Shown here: in pieces, positions 7,311 through 15,097 of the stretch
Layout of the letters: each line of letters begins with the position of its first letter
Numbering within the stretch: the stretch's first letter is position 1
Assembly (NCBI GenBank): GCA_947499125.1
Contig: CANMMP010000006.1
Location: forward strand, 114,668 to 178,667
Reading direction: 5' to 3'
Length of the DNA: 64,000 bases
Origin: an uncultured Pontibacter sp.
Lineage (GTDB): Bacteria; Bacteroidota; Bacteroidia; Cytophagales; Hymenobacteraceae
The notes under the pieces: model-generated
What the model was told of the DNA's origin: nothing
Database searches by the model: none
The model's input: the letters and a program-made list of their open reading frames with translations, nothing else
Made by a program: the position numbers and the translations under genes

Positions 7311-7907
7311 GTGAAGCTCCCGAAAGACTTTTACACCCGACCAAATGTAGTGCAGGTAGCCCAGGAACTGCTGGGGAAGTATATTTATACTTCTGTAGAT
7401 GGCATGCTGACCGGCGGTATGATCGTAGAGACCGAAGCTTACTCCGGGGAGAACGACCGCGCCTGCCATGCCCACTTAGGCCGTCGCACCTCGCGCACCG
7501 AAATCATGTACCACGAAGGTGGCGTGGCGTATGTGTACCTGGTGTATGGCATGTATAACCTGTTCAACATCATCACAAATACCGAAGGCAAAGCCGATGC
7601 GGTATTAGTTAGAGCCATAGAGCCTGAGATCGGGACTGAAGAAATGCTGCTGCGCCGGAACATGCCAACTATAAAACCGAACCTGACTGCCGGCCCCGGC
7701 GTGATGAGCATTGCCCTGGGCATTAACCGCAAACATTACGGCGAAGACCTGACCGGCAATACCATCTGGCTTGAAGACAAAGGCATTACTATCCCCGAAG
7801 AAAATATCATGACTGTTCCACGTGTGGGGATTGACTATGCCGGCGACGACGCTCTGCTTCCCTGGCGCTTTTACATTAAAGGCAGTAAGTGGGTAAGTAG
7901 GAAGTAA
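7311..7907 (+). CDS. DNA-3-methyladenine glycosylase (AAG/Mpg family), GTG start
   Basis: 198 aa with family-typical VAQELLGK...VETEAY...D.ACHA...RT.RTE.MY..GG.AYVYL.YGM..L.N....EG..DAVLVRA.EP. Confidence 0.85.
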   Translation: MKLPKDFYTRPNVVQVAQELLGKYIYTSVDGMLTGGMIVETEAYSGENDRACHAHLGRRTSRTEIMYHEGGVAYVYLVYGMYNLFNIITNTEGKADAVLVRAIEPEIGTEEMLLRRNMPTIKPNLTAGPGVMSIALGINRKHYGEDLTGNTIWLEDKGITIPEENIMTVPRVGIDYAGDDALLPWRFYIKGSKWVSRK

Positions 7908-7908
7908 A

Positions 7909-9474
7909 CTACTCAGCCTTCTCAAAAGGGTTACTTTTCTTAGCAGCCAGCCGCTGGTATAGGTAGGATGTTACTTCCGGAGCTACATCTGATAGTAAGT
8001 ATACAGTCGTGCCATGTTCGCGGGAATAGGGGTTGTTTATACTTCCGATCTCGGTTACACTTCCGACAAAAGCTTTTTCAGATTCCTGTATAGGTGCATC
8101 GCCAGCTTCTTTCACAACTATCATGTGTCTTATCTGTTGCAGGTCCGGAAACCAGTAAATGTAGTCGGCATTAAAAGATACAGCGGCAGGTAAAGTTTCT
8201 GAGGCATAATAATTAATAGCTCCGGCCTGTCCATAATTGTCACAAAGTATAAGCGTGTGGCTTTTCTCGGAGTCGGGTACAAGTTTATAAGCTGATTCGG
8301 CTATAGAAGCAAGCTCCCGCCAGCCTAACATATCAGCAAAATCCTGGGGCAGTGGGTGCTCTTTGCCATCTTCCCACTTCAGTAAGTTCAGCTCCTTAAA
8401 CTTCCCGGCTTTGGCCTGTATCCGGGTAGGGCTCAGCACCGGGAATACGACATCAACTAGAGGTATAAACAGCGCTACAGGTATAAGCAACCATACCGCC
8501 CGGCTATACTTCAGCCAACCTTTGCTGAAGAGCTGCTCCCAATACACACTTCCGAACGCAATAAGCACAGGATATAAGCCTATGGCATAATAACTTTTCG
8601 CGCTTAGAGACAAGAACAGCAGCATTACAAGTATAAACGTTATCCCTGCAAAACGATACGCGCGAAATGGCCTGTAAACTATAAATGCCACCAGTGCCGC
8701 CACCCACAAAAATATAGCACCAACAAAAAAGAGGATCTGGTCCAGCAGGAAATCGCTGGGCTGTACATTTACCAATTGCCTTTGCTTTAGCTCCTGCATA
8801 TGCGACACCACCGGGAAATTGTGCTGTACCTGCCACACCAGGTTTGGCATAGCAACCAGTATAGCGATGCCCACTGCAAAGTATAATTGTTTTTGAGCGA
8901 ATAGCTTTCGGTACGGCGAAAGTATAAGTGCTATTGCCAAACCTGCCACTAAAAACAGAATGGTATACTTGTTCAGGAAGCCCAGGCCTATAGTTAAACC
9001 CAGCCAGTACAGCCATTTTGCCTGTTGTGTATGGATAAACCGGATGAACAGGTAAAAGACGAGCGCCCAGCAAAGTATATCAAAAGAATTGGGCTGAAAC
9101 AGTATATTAAGGCGCAGCATCGCGGACAAAAGTATAGCTGTAGCTGCTAATACTTTCGCATAGGTCCCGCCTTTCAGTTCATCAACTATAAGCCAGGCAA
9201 CAACTATAGTTAGGGCACCAAACAAAGCCGGAAAAAACCGCACCCAAAAGTAACTGTTGCCCAGTAGTTGTATAAGCCATGCTACAAAAGCGGTAAAGGG
9301 TGGCACCGATACATAGCCGGCTGCGAGGTGGTTGGCCTGGTCCAGGTGCAGGAATTCGTCGCGGTGCAGTTCGTAGGTACCATCCACCAGCACATACTGT
9401 AGTATAAATTTAAGCAGCACAAAACCGGCAAGTATAGCTGTATTAAGCAGAGTAGCGCTACGCTGGTTGTGCAT
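7909..9474 (-). CDS. Glycosyltransferase family 39 (ArnT/PMT-like) integral membrane protein
   Basis: 521 aa with about 10 or more TM segments. First-loop acidic motif (HRDEFLHLDQANHL) and a soluble C-terminal domain. Confidence 0.7.
   Translation of the reverse strand: MHNQRSATLLNTAILAGFVLLKFILQYVLVDGTYELHRDEFLHLDQANHLAAGYVSVPPFTAFVAWLIQLLGNSYFWVRFFPALFGALTIVVAWLIVDELKGGTYAKVLAATAILLSAMLRLNILFQPNSFDILCWALVFYLFIRFIHTQQAKWLYWLGLTIGLGFLNKYTILFLVAGLAIALILSPYRKLFAQKQLYFAVGIAILVAMPNLVWQVQHNFPVVSHMQELKQRQLVNVQPSDFLLDQILFFVGAIFLWVAALVAFIVYRPFRAYRFAGITFILVMLLFLSLSAKSYYAIGLYPVLIAFGSVYWEQLFSKGWLKYSRAVWLLIPVALFIPLVDVVFPVLSPTRIQAKAGKFKELNLLKWEDGKEHPLPQDFADMLGWRELASIAESAYKLVPDSEKSHTLILCDNYGQAGAINYYASETLPAAVSFNADYIYWFPDLQQIRHMIVVKEAGDAPIQESEKAFVGSVTEIGSINNPYSREHGTTVYLLSDVAPEVTSYLYQRLAAKKSNPFEKAE
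9202..9211. repeat. Perfect 10-bp palindrome AACTATAGTT (inside the GT39 gene)
   Basis: Read directly from the sequence. Confidence 0.95.
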
Positions 9475-9595
9475 GTTTTCTGTGCTTCTGGTTTATTAGT
9501 TAAAGTAAATATAAACTTAAAATCAATAACATATACACATAAAAAAGCAGCCGTAGTTTAGGCCACAGCTGCTCTTACATTTAATTTATACTTAC

Positions 9596-9946
9596 TTATT
9601 TGTCGTTTCTTCTGCGCTCGCTATCCTGCTCGTTATCGGTGCGGTTTTGAGGCGTTGGGTTGTTCGACCCGAATTTACCAACGGCATCATTCTCTAAACT
9701 ATTCGTGATGTCTTTGCGGCCACTCTGGTCCGTTTCTGTTCTGCTGCCCTGGCCTGCGCCCTGTGTTGGCTTATTCTGGTTTCCTGTTCTGGACATAGAA
9801 TCGCCCATTGCATTCGGGTTATTTGTACCCTGGTTTGTTACTTGTGTAGAACTTTTGCCACCTTGCTTACCCTGCTCAAACGAGTTTTTAGGATTGCTCT
9901 GGAAACCTTTGTTCTGTTGGTCTTTTTTATTTTTATCGTTATTCAT
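9596..9946 (-). CDS. Low-complexity hydrophilic N/Q/G/K-rich protein (hydrophilin-like)
   Basis: 116-aa ORF with no hydrophobic core. The opposite-strand ORF 9660-9962 is a mirror artefact. Confidence 0.5.
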   Translation of the reverse strand: MNNDKNKKDQQNKGFQSNPKNSFEQGKQGGKSSTQVTNQGTNNPNAMGDSMSRTGNQNKPTQGAGQGSRTETDQSGRKDITNSLENDAVGKFGSNNPTPQNRTDNEQDSERRRNDK

Positions 9947-10055
9947 GATCTTATTAATTTAAGTTTGTTTTCGGTAGTTGGAAAGGCATATAAACAAGTA
10001 TAAATGGCCCCAATAACGTACGAAGCCATTTATACTATAAGTTTATAAGTATGTA

Positions 10056-10409
10056 TTAGCGGTTACCTGATCTGTTGGAAGAGCCGGAACTGGAATTTCC
10101 TGATCTGTTAGTTGATCCTGAATCGGAAGAAGAGCTGCTACTGTTCTTGTGGCTTTGGCTACCAGCTTTAGCATGTCCTTGTGGGTCTCCGTGCCAGCCG
10201 CGGCCTTGTCCTGTACTTGAACTTGAGCTGCTGCTGTTACCACTATTTAAATTAGAAGTTCTGCCCGATGAGGAAGAGCTTCCTGTGTTTGATGAGTTGC
10301 GCGTTGATGAAGAACCCTGAGTTGATGAGTTCATGTTGTTGCGGGCATTGCTCGCTGATGGATTATTATTCTTGTTCTTATTCTGGTTACTCGAATTGTC
10401 GCGTTTCAT
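10056..10409 (-). CDS. Ser/Asn-rich low-complexity protein with a GWHGDPQGHAKAG stress-protein-like motif
   Basis: 117 aa, more than 50% S/N/G. The single non-repetitive island GRGWHGDPQGHAKAGSQSHK resembles KGG/general-stress repeats (from memory). This motif supports the minus strand over mirror ORF 10075-10320. Confidence 0.55.
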   Translation of the reverse strand: MKRDNSSNQNKNKNNNPSASNARNNMNSSTQGSSSTRNSSNTGSSSSSGRTSNLNSGNSSSSSSSTGQGRGWHGDPQGHAKAGSQSHKNSSSSSSDSGSTNRSGNSSSGSSNRSGNR

Positions 10410-10713
10410 AGCTTAGAAATTTAGGTTTAACATAAGCCCGGTGTCGGGCATCATATGCTGTTTTACGTGCTTAGTGGCTGTCAGTTAATAATTTATACCT
10501 GCAACAGTAGCCTGTGTTATAGCACTTTACCAATAAAATTCGGAGTAAGGCTATATTTAATAATTAAGGTATAACAAAGGGTGTATATTATTGATGAGTA
10601 GCTATTTGTAACCGAAATCGTGCAACTATAACTTAAAAATGGCACTGCATCTAAATCAGTAGAAGTGCATTTAAAAGTGCCCGAAATTTTTTCAGATATT
10701 TTAGGGGAGGGGC

Positions 10714-11895
10714 TTATACTTTCTCGCAAAAGAGCACGATCGGCTTCTGGTGCATATCTGTAGAAAAGAAAAGATAATGGTTGCCGCCTTCGCGTATCCC
10801 GGTCTTTTTGCGAATATTAGCCACTGTATCCGGGAAGTTGCGCACCGTAATGTTTGCCTGTTTCCGAGGTAATTTTGCCAGGAGTTCTTTTTTATTGTAG
10901 CGGCTGGTCCCTGTGCAGGCAAAGCTTCGCCCCGGAAAATCGGGCACTAATACATCTGAAGTATAAAGGTGGCTGTTGGGGTGCAGCTTTTTAACCGGGA
11001 ACTGCTGGGTTATACTTTTATAAGCGCCTGCTTTAAGTATGGCTGCATTTGGCTCATACACAAAAGCCAGCGGGTCGGAGTAGGGTGGGTTTGCCTGCTG
11101 TTCCTGCTCTGCCGTAAATGTAAAGTTGCTCAGGCTGCCATCTGTCTTAAAGTTTATAGCTTCGCGTTCGGGCTGGTCAGGTGGGTCTTGCTGCATCAGG
11201 TATAAAACTTCCTTGCACTCGTTCTGCACAGCCACTACCCAAACTTTGGCAACTTTACCTAACTGCGATACCGCCAGATCAATATCCAGCATCGGCGAAG
11301 CTTTTAACAACACATTATCGGCTTTCTGAAATAGTTCTGGTAGCAAACCAAGTATATCCGGCTCACAGTCCTGTAATAAGTGCAGTTTTTCGGAGCGGTT
11401 GCCACGACGGGCCGGGTCCAGGTATATTACGTCAGCGTGACCGTTAAATTCTCTGATAAAATCAGCAGCCGTTGTATTTATAGTCTGGATGTTATGTGCC
11501 TGAAGAATTTTATAGTTATAGTTGGCAATAGCCGATAGCACTGTATGCTGCTCTACGTGTATCACCTGGGAAAACTGCTTCGAAAAATAGTAACTGTCTG
11601 CTCCAAATCCGCCGGTCAGGTCTATCAGCAGTTTTCCTTTTAGCAAACCCGCTTTAAATGCAGCAGTCACCTCCGACGAGCTTTGTTCTACCGAGATATT
11701 AGCTGGGAAAATAAGGTCAGGGTTATTGGCCCAGGCCGGTAGCTTACTCATAGCTTTTTGCCGGGCCTGTATCTGTTGTACCAGCTCAGCAACAGGCAGA
11801 TCAGGGTAGCGGCGGGCCTGCAACATTAAGGTGGCAGGCTGCTCGTGCAAGTGTTCCAGAATATAAGCTTTTTCGGCTTGCCCGTAGGTGCGCAT
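10714..11895 (-). CDS. Class I SAM-dependent methyltransferase (THUMP-like C-terminal region)
   Basis: SAM-binding motif LIDLTGGFGADSYYFS. I chose the start at M33 of the track ORF (MRTYGQ, 11895), which avoids overlap with the divergent gene and its promoter region. Confidence 0.7.
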   Translation of the reverse strand: MRTYGQAEKAYILEHLHEQPATLMLQARRYPDLPVAELVQQIQARQKAMSKLPAWANNPDLIFPANISVEQSSSEVTAAFKAGLLKGKLLIDLTGGFGADSYYFSKQFSQVIHVEQHTVLSAIANYNYKILQAHNIQTINTTAADFIREFNGHADVIYLDPARRGNRSEKLHLLQDCEPDILGLLPELFQKADNVLLKASPMLDIDLAVSQLGKVAKVWVVAVQNECKEVLYLMQQDPPDQPEREAINFKTDGSLSNFTFTAEQEQQANPPYSDPLAFVYEPNAAILKAGAYKSITQQFPVKKLHPNSHLYTSDVLVPDFPGRSFACTGTSRYNKKELLAKLPRKQANITVRNFPDTVANIRKKTGIREGGNHYLFFSTDMHQKPIVLFCEKV

Positions 11896-12059
11896 ACAAC
11901 AATGGCCTTTTATTGCGTTATGATAGAGTTGTACGGCAAAAGTAAGGTATAAATTACTTTGCCCGGCAACACCGGCAGCATAAAGTGCCAAAACCTTTTT
12001 CCGGGTTTTGGGTTATAAAGCCGTTAGTAACAATTTTAAACCTATTAATAAAGAAAGCT

Positions 12060-12785
12060 ATGAAGAAATGGATGCGATTTATGGTACTGGCTGTAATGCC
12101 TGCCACTATGTTAGTTAGTTGCGACGAAGATGATGATGATGTAATGCCACCTGGCCAGGATGATGAGGCACGTGTAATGGTAGTGCATGCATCGCCGGAT
12201 GCGACTGGCGTTGACCTGCTTGTAGATGATACTAAAGTTAACTCAACAGCACTTGTATATCCTGAGAACACAGGTTACCTGACTGTAGAAGCCGGTACAC
12301 GAAACTTTAAAGTAAACGCTACCGGTACCGAAACTACGGTAATTGATGTAAATCAGAATTTAATGAAAGACCAGAGCTATTCGATTTTCGCGTCTGGTTC
12401 TGTAATGGACAGCGATCTGCAGCCACTGGTTATAACCGACGACCTGACAGCTCCTGCTAACGGTAATGCAAAGATCCGTTTTGTACACTTATCGCCTGAT
12501 GCACCTGCAGTAGATGTGGTAGCAACGTCGGTGGCAACCGGTGACCAGGCTATGTTTGAGGACATGAGCTTCAGAGAATTTACAGAATTTATAGAAGTAC
12601 CTGCTGGTGCCTATGACTTACAGGTATTATTAACAGCTGATGGAACCGAAGTATTGAACATTGAAGGCCAGGCGCTGCAGAGCGGTGGTATTTATACAGT
12701 GTTTGCGAAAGGTTTTGTAACTCCGCCAGAAGGCAATACAAATATGCTTGGTGCTGAGATAATTGAGAACCACGAAAATAAGTAA
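12060..12785 (+). CDS. DUF4397-domain lipoprotein, probably surface exposed
   Basis: I chose the internal start MKKWMRFMVLAVMPATMLVSC, which gives a signal peptide plus lipobox followed by CDEDDDD. Repeated VVHASPDA.GVDL / RFVHLSPDAPAVDV motifs are typical of DUF4397. Confidence 0.75.
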   Translation: MKKWMRFMVLAVMPATMLVSCDEDDDDVMPPGQDDEARVMVVHASPDATGVDLLVDDTKVNSTALVYPENTGYLTVEAGTRNFKVNATGTETTVIDVNQNLMKDQSYSIFASGSVMDSDLQPLVITDDLTAPANGNAKIRFVHLSPDAPAVDVVATSVATGDQAMFEDMSFREFTEFIEVPAGAYDLQVLLTADGTEVLNIEGQALQSGGIYTVFAKGFVTPPEGNTNMLGAEIIENHENK

Positions 12786-12808
12786 CCCTTAACGGGATGC
12801 CGATATTT

Positions 12809-12839
12809 TAAAAAGCCTGCCACTGTGCAGGCTTTTTTT
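12809..12839 (+). terminator. Intrinsic terminator after the DUF4397 gene
   Basis: GCCTGC/GCAGGC stem flanked by an A run and followed by TTTTTTT. Confidence 0.7.
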
Positions 12840-12880
12840 ATATTTTATAGTAGCCTGTTACTGTTATACTTAACTATTTA

Positions 12881-12911
12881 TTGATGTTCCGTAACAAAAT
12901 CCTTAAATTTG
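12881..12911 (+). promoter_or_regulatory. Bacteroidota-type promoter of ahcY
   Basis: TTG (12881-12883), a 20-nt spacer, TAAATTTG (12904-12911); 27 nt upstream of the ATG at 12939. Confidence 0.5.
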
Positions 12912-12938
12912 TGTTTTCAATCTGAAACTAAAGTTAAT

Positions 12939-14246
12939 ATGGTAGATACATATCTGAAGTACAAAGTAAAAGATATCTCGCTGGCCGAGTGGGGTCGTAA
13001 AGAGATCAGACTGGCTGAGGCTGAAATGCCTGGCTTAATGGCTATCCGCGAGGAGTATGGCCCAAGCAAGCCTTTAGCTGGTGCCCGTATTGCAGGTTGC
13101 CTGCACATGACGATCCAGACAGCTGTTCTGATCGAAACGCTGGTTGAGCTGGGTGCAGAAGTTACCTGGTCATCATGCAATATCTTCTCTACACAAGACC
13201 ATGCCGCTGCTGCTATTGCTGCTGCCGGTATTTCGGTTTATGCCTGGAAAGGTATGACAGCTGAAGAATTTGACTGGTGCATTGAGCAAACTTTGTTCTT
13301 CGGAGAAGATCGCCAGCCACTTAACATGATCCTGGACGATGGTGGCGACCTTACCAACATGGTACTGGATAAATATCCTGAACTATCTGCCGGCATCAAA
13401 GGCCTTTCTGAAGAAACAACTACTGGTGTTCACCGCCTGTACGAGCGTATGAAGAATGGCACACTTACCATGCCTGCTATTAACGTGAACGACTCGGTTA
13501 CTAAATCGAAATTCGATAACAAGTATGGCTGTAAAGAGTCGTTGGTAGATGCGATACGTCGTGCTACTGACGTTATGATGGCTGGTAAGGTAGCTGTTGT
13601 GGCTGGTTACGGTGATGTGGGTAAAGGTTCTGCTGCTTCGCTTAGAGGTGCAGGTGCCCGCGTTATAGTTACCGAGATCGACCCGATCTGTGCGCTGCAG
13701 GCTGCTATGGATGGCTTTGCGGTTAAGCGTATGGTTGATGCCGTTAAGGAGGCTGATATTATCGTTACAGCAACTGGTAACAAAGATATTATCGGTGAGC
13801 GCGAATTCCGCTCAATGAAAGATAAAGCTATCGTTTGTAACATCGGTCACTTCGATAACGAAATTGATATGGCCTGGTTAAACAAAGTTTATGGCAATAC
13901 GAAAGACGTTATTAAGCCGCAGGTAGATCTTTACAACATCGATGGAAAAGACATTATTGTGTTGGCAGAAGGCCGTTTAGTTAACCTTGGTTGTGCTACC
14001 GGTCACCCGTCGTTTGTAATGTCTAACTCATTCTCGAACCAGACACTGGCCCAGTTAGAGCTTTGGACAAACGCTGATGCTTACGAAAACAAAGTTTATA
14101 CTTTGCCTAAGCACCTCGACGAAAAAGTTGCCCGCCTGCACTTAAGCAAAATTGGTGTAGAACTGGACGAGCTTTCTCCTGATCAGGCTGCTTATATTGG
14201 CGTTGAAGTAGAAGGACCGTTTAAGCCGGAGTACTACAGATACTAA
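12939..14246 (+). CDS. ahcY: Adenosylhomocysteinase
   Basis: 435 aa. Conserved [30 protein letters not shown] site [15 protein letters not shown] and the C-terminal KPEYYRY. I chose the start at [12 protein letters not shown] (M11 of the track ORF). Confidence 0.95.
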   Translation: MVDTYLKYKVKDISLAEWGRKEIRLAEAEMPGLMAIREEYGPSKPLAGARIAGCLHMTIQTAVLIETLVELGAEVTWSSCNIFSTQDHAAAAIAAAGISVYAWKGMTAEEFDWCIEQTLFFGEDRQPLNMILDDGGDLTNMVLDKYPELSAGIKGLSEETTTGVHRLYERMKNGTLTMPAINVNDSVTKSKFDNKYGCKESLVDAIRRATDVMMAGKVAVVAGYGDVGKGSAASLRGAGARVIVTEIDPICALQAAMDGFAVKRMVDAVKEADIIVTATGNKDIIGEREFRSMKDKAIVCNIGHFDNEIDMAWLNKVYGNTKDVIKPQVDLYNIDGKDIIVLAEGRLVNLGCATGHPSFVMSNSFSNQTLAQLELWTNADAYENKVYTLPKHLDEKVARLHLSKIGVELDELSPDQAAYIGVEVEGPFKPEYYRY

Positions 14247-14267
14247 GTATAGCTATCTTATAAAAGT

Positions 14268-14301
14268 AAAAGGCCGATGCAGCAATGCATCGGCCTTTTT
14301 T
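14268..14301. terminator. Bidirectional terminator between ahcY and the LytTR regulator
   Basis: GGCCGATGCA / TGCATCGGCC 10-bp stem with a 4-nt loop, an A run upstream and a T run downstream. Confidence 0.8.
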
Positions 14302-14318
14302 GTTAGTATGTTTTTATA

Positions 14319-15068
14319 CTATAGAATATTGAACCGCGACATCAGCGTTTTTTTGTACGACTTGCCTATAGGTACTTCCCCTTTACTAAACGATACGGCG
14401 TTCTCTTCCAGGGCTTCTACTTTATCCAGGTTAGCTATGTAAGAGCGGTGCACGCGCACAAAATTATGCGACGGTAGTTTGCTTTCCATATCCTTCAGCG
14501 TGGAGCTAACCAAATACTTTTGGTCGGCGGTAACTATAAACGAGTAATTGTCATAAGCCTCTACCCAAAGTATATCGCTATACATTACCTTAATAATGCG
14601 GTGCTTTACCTTAACAAAAATGTAGTCCTGCGATGCGCCTTCAGGCTCTTTGGGGGCAGGTTCGTGCTGTTTGCCGTTCCCATTGCTTTTAGGTCCGTGG
14701 CCATGCTTGTACAAGGCGATCTCTATAGTTGAGCGCAGGCTTTTCTCGTCGAAAGGTTTCACAAGGAACCCGTCAGGCTCCGTTTTCTTGGCCCGGTCTA
14801 TTGTAGATTTGTCGGCATAGGCTGTAAGATAAATAAACGGTATATCGAACTCGCTTTTTATTTGCGAACCAATTTCAACTCCGTCTGCATTGCCTTTAAG
14901 GTTAATATCGAGCAGCACCAGGTCAGGGCGGGTCTCCCGGATCATGGCAATCGTATCTTCACCTGTGTCGATGGCGCATGTTTCGTAACCCAGGTCAGAC
15001 AGGCAGGCTGCAATATCCTCAGCAATTATAACTTCGTCTTCTGATATAAGGATCTTAGTTTTCGGCAT
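14319..15068 (-). CDS. LytTR-family response regulator
   Basis: N-terminal receiver domain (ILISEDE...DLVLLDINL...) and a C-terminal LytTR DNA-binding domain (FVRVHRSYIANLDKV). Confidence 0.9.
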   Translation of the reverse strand: MPKTKILISEDEVIIAEDIAACLSDLGYETCAIDTGEDTIAMIRETRPDLVLLDINLKGNADGVEIGSQIKSEFDIPFIYLTAYADKSTIDRAKKTEPDGFLVKPFDEKSLRSTIEIALYKHGHGPKSNGNGKQHEPAPKEPEGASQDYIFVKVKHRIIKVMYSDILWVEAYDNYSFIVTADQKYLVSSTLKDMESKLPSHNFVRVHRSYIANLDKVEALEENAVSFSKGEVPIGKSYKKTLMSRFNIL

Positions 15069-15097
15069 AACGTTATTTACATACGTAAAATTATAAA

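Noticed and set aside
10075-10320. + strand E/L-rich ORF overlapping the Ser/Asn-rich gene (and 9660-9962 opposite the N/Q-rich gene).
   Set aside because: It is a mirror image of a low-complexity repeat. The minus-strand frame carries the only non-repetitive, family-like island (GWHGDPQGHAKAG) and a normal start context.
10410-10713. A structured ncRNA in the 304-nt spacer upstream of the Ser/Asn-rich gene (GGCACT...AGTGCC pairing around 10632-10672).
   Set aside because: There are only short, weak complementarities in AT-rich sequence, and I could not recognise any known RNA family. I left it as an untranslated leader or promoter region.
12786-12938. SAH riboswitch upstream of ahcY.
   Set aside because: The 150-nt leader is AT-rich. 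It holds only the upstream gene's terminator and a promoter-like TTG/TAAATTTG pair, with no GC-rich pseudoknot-forming segments.
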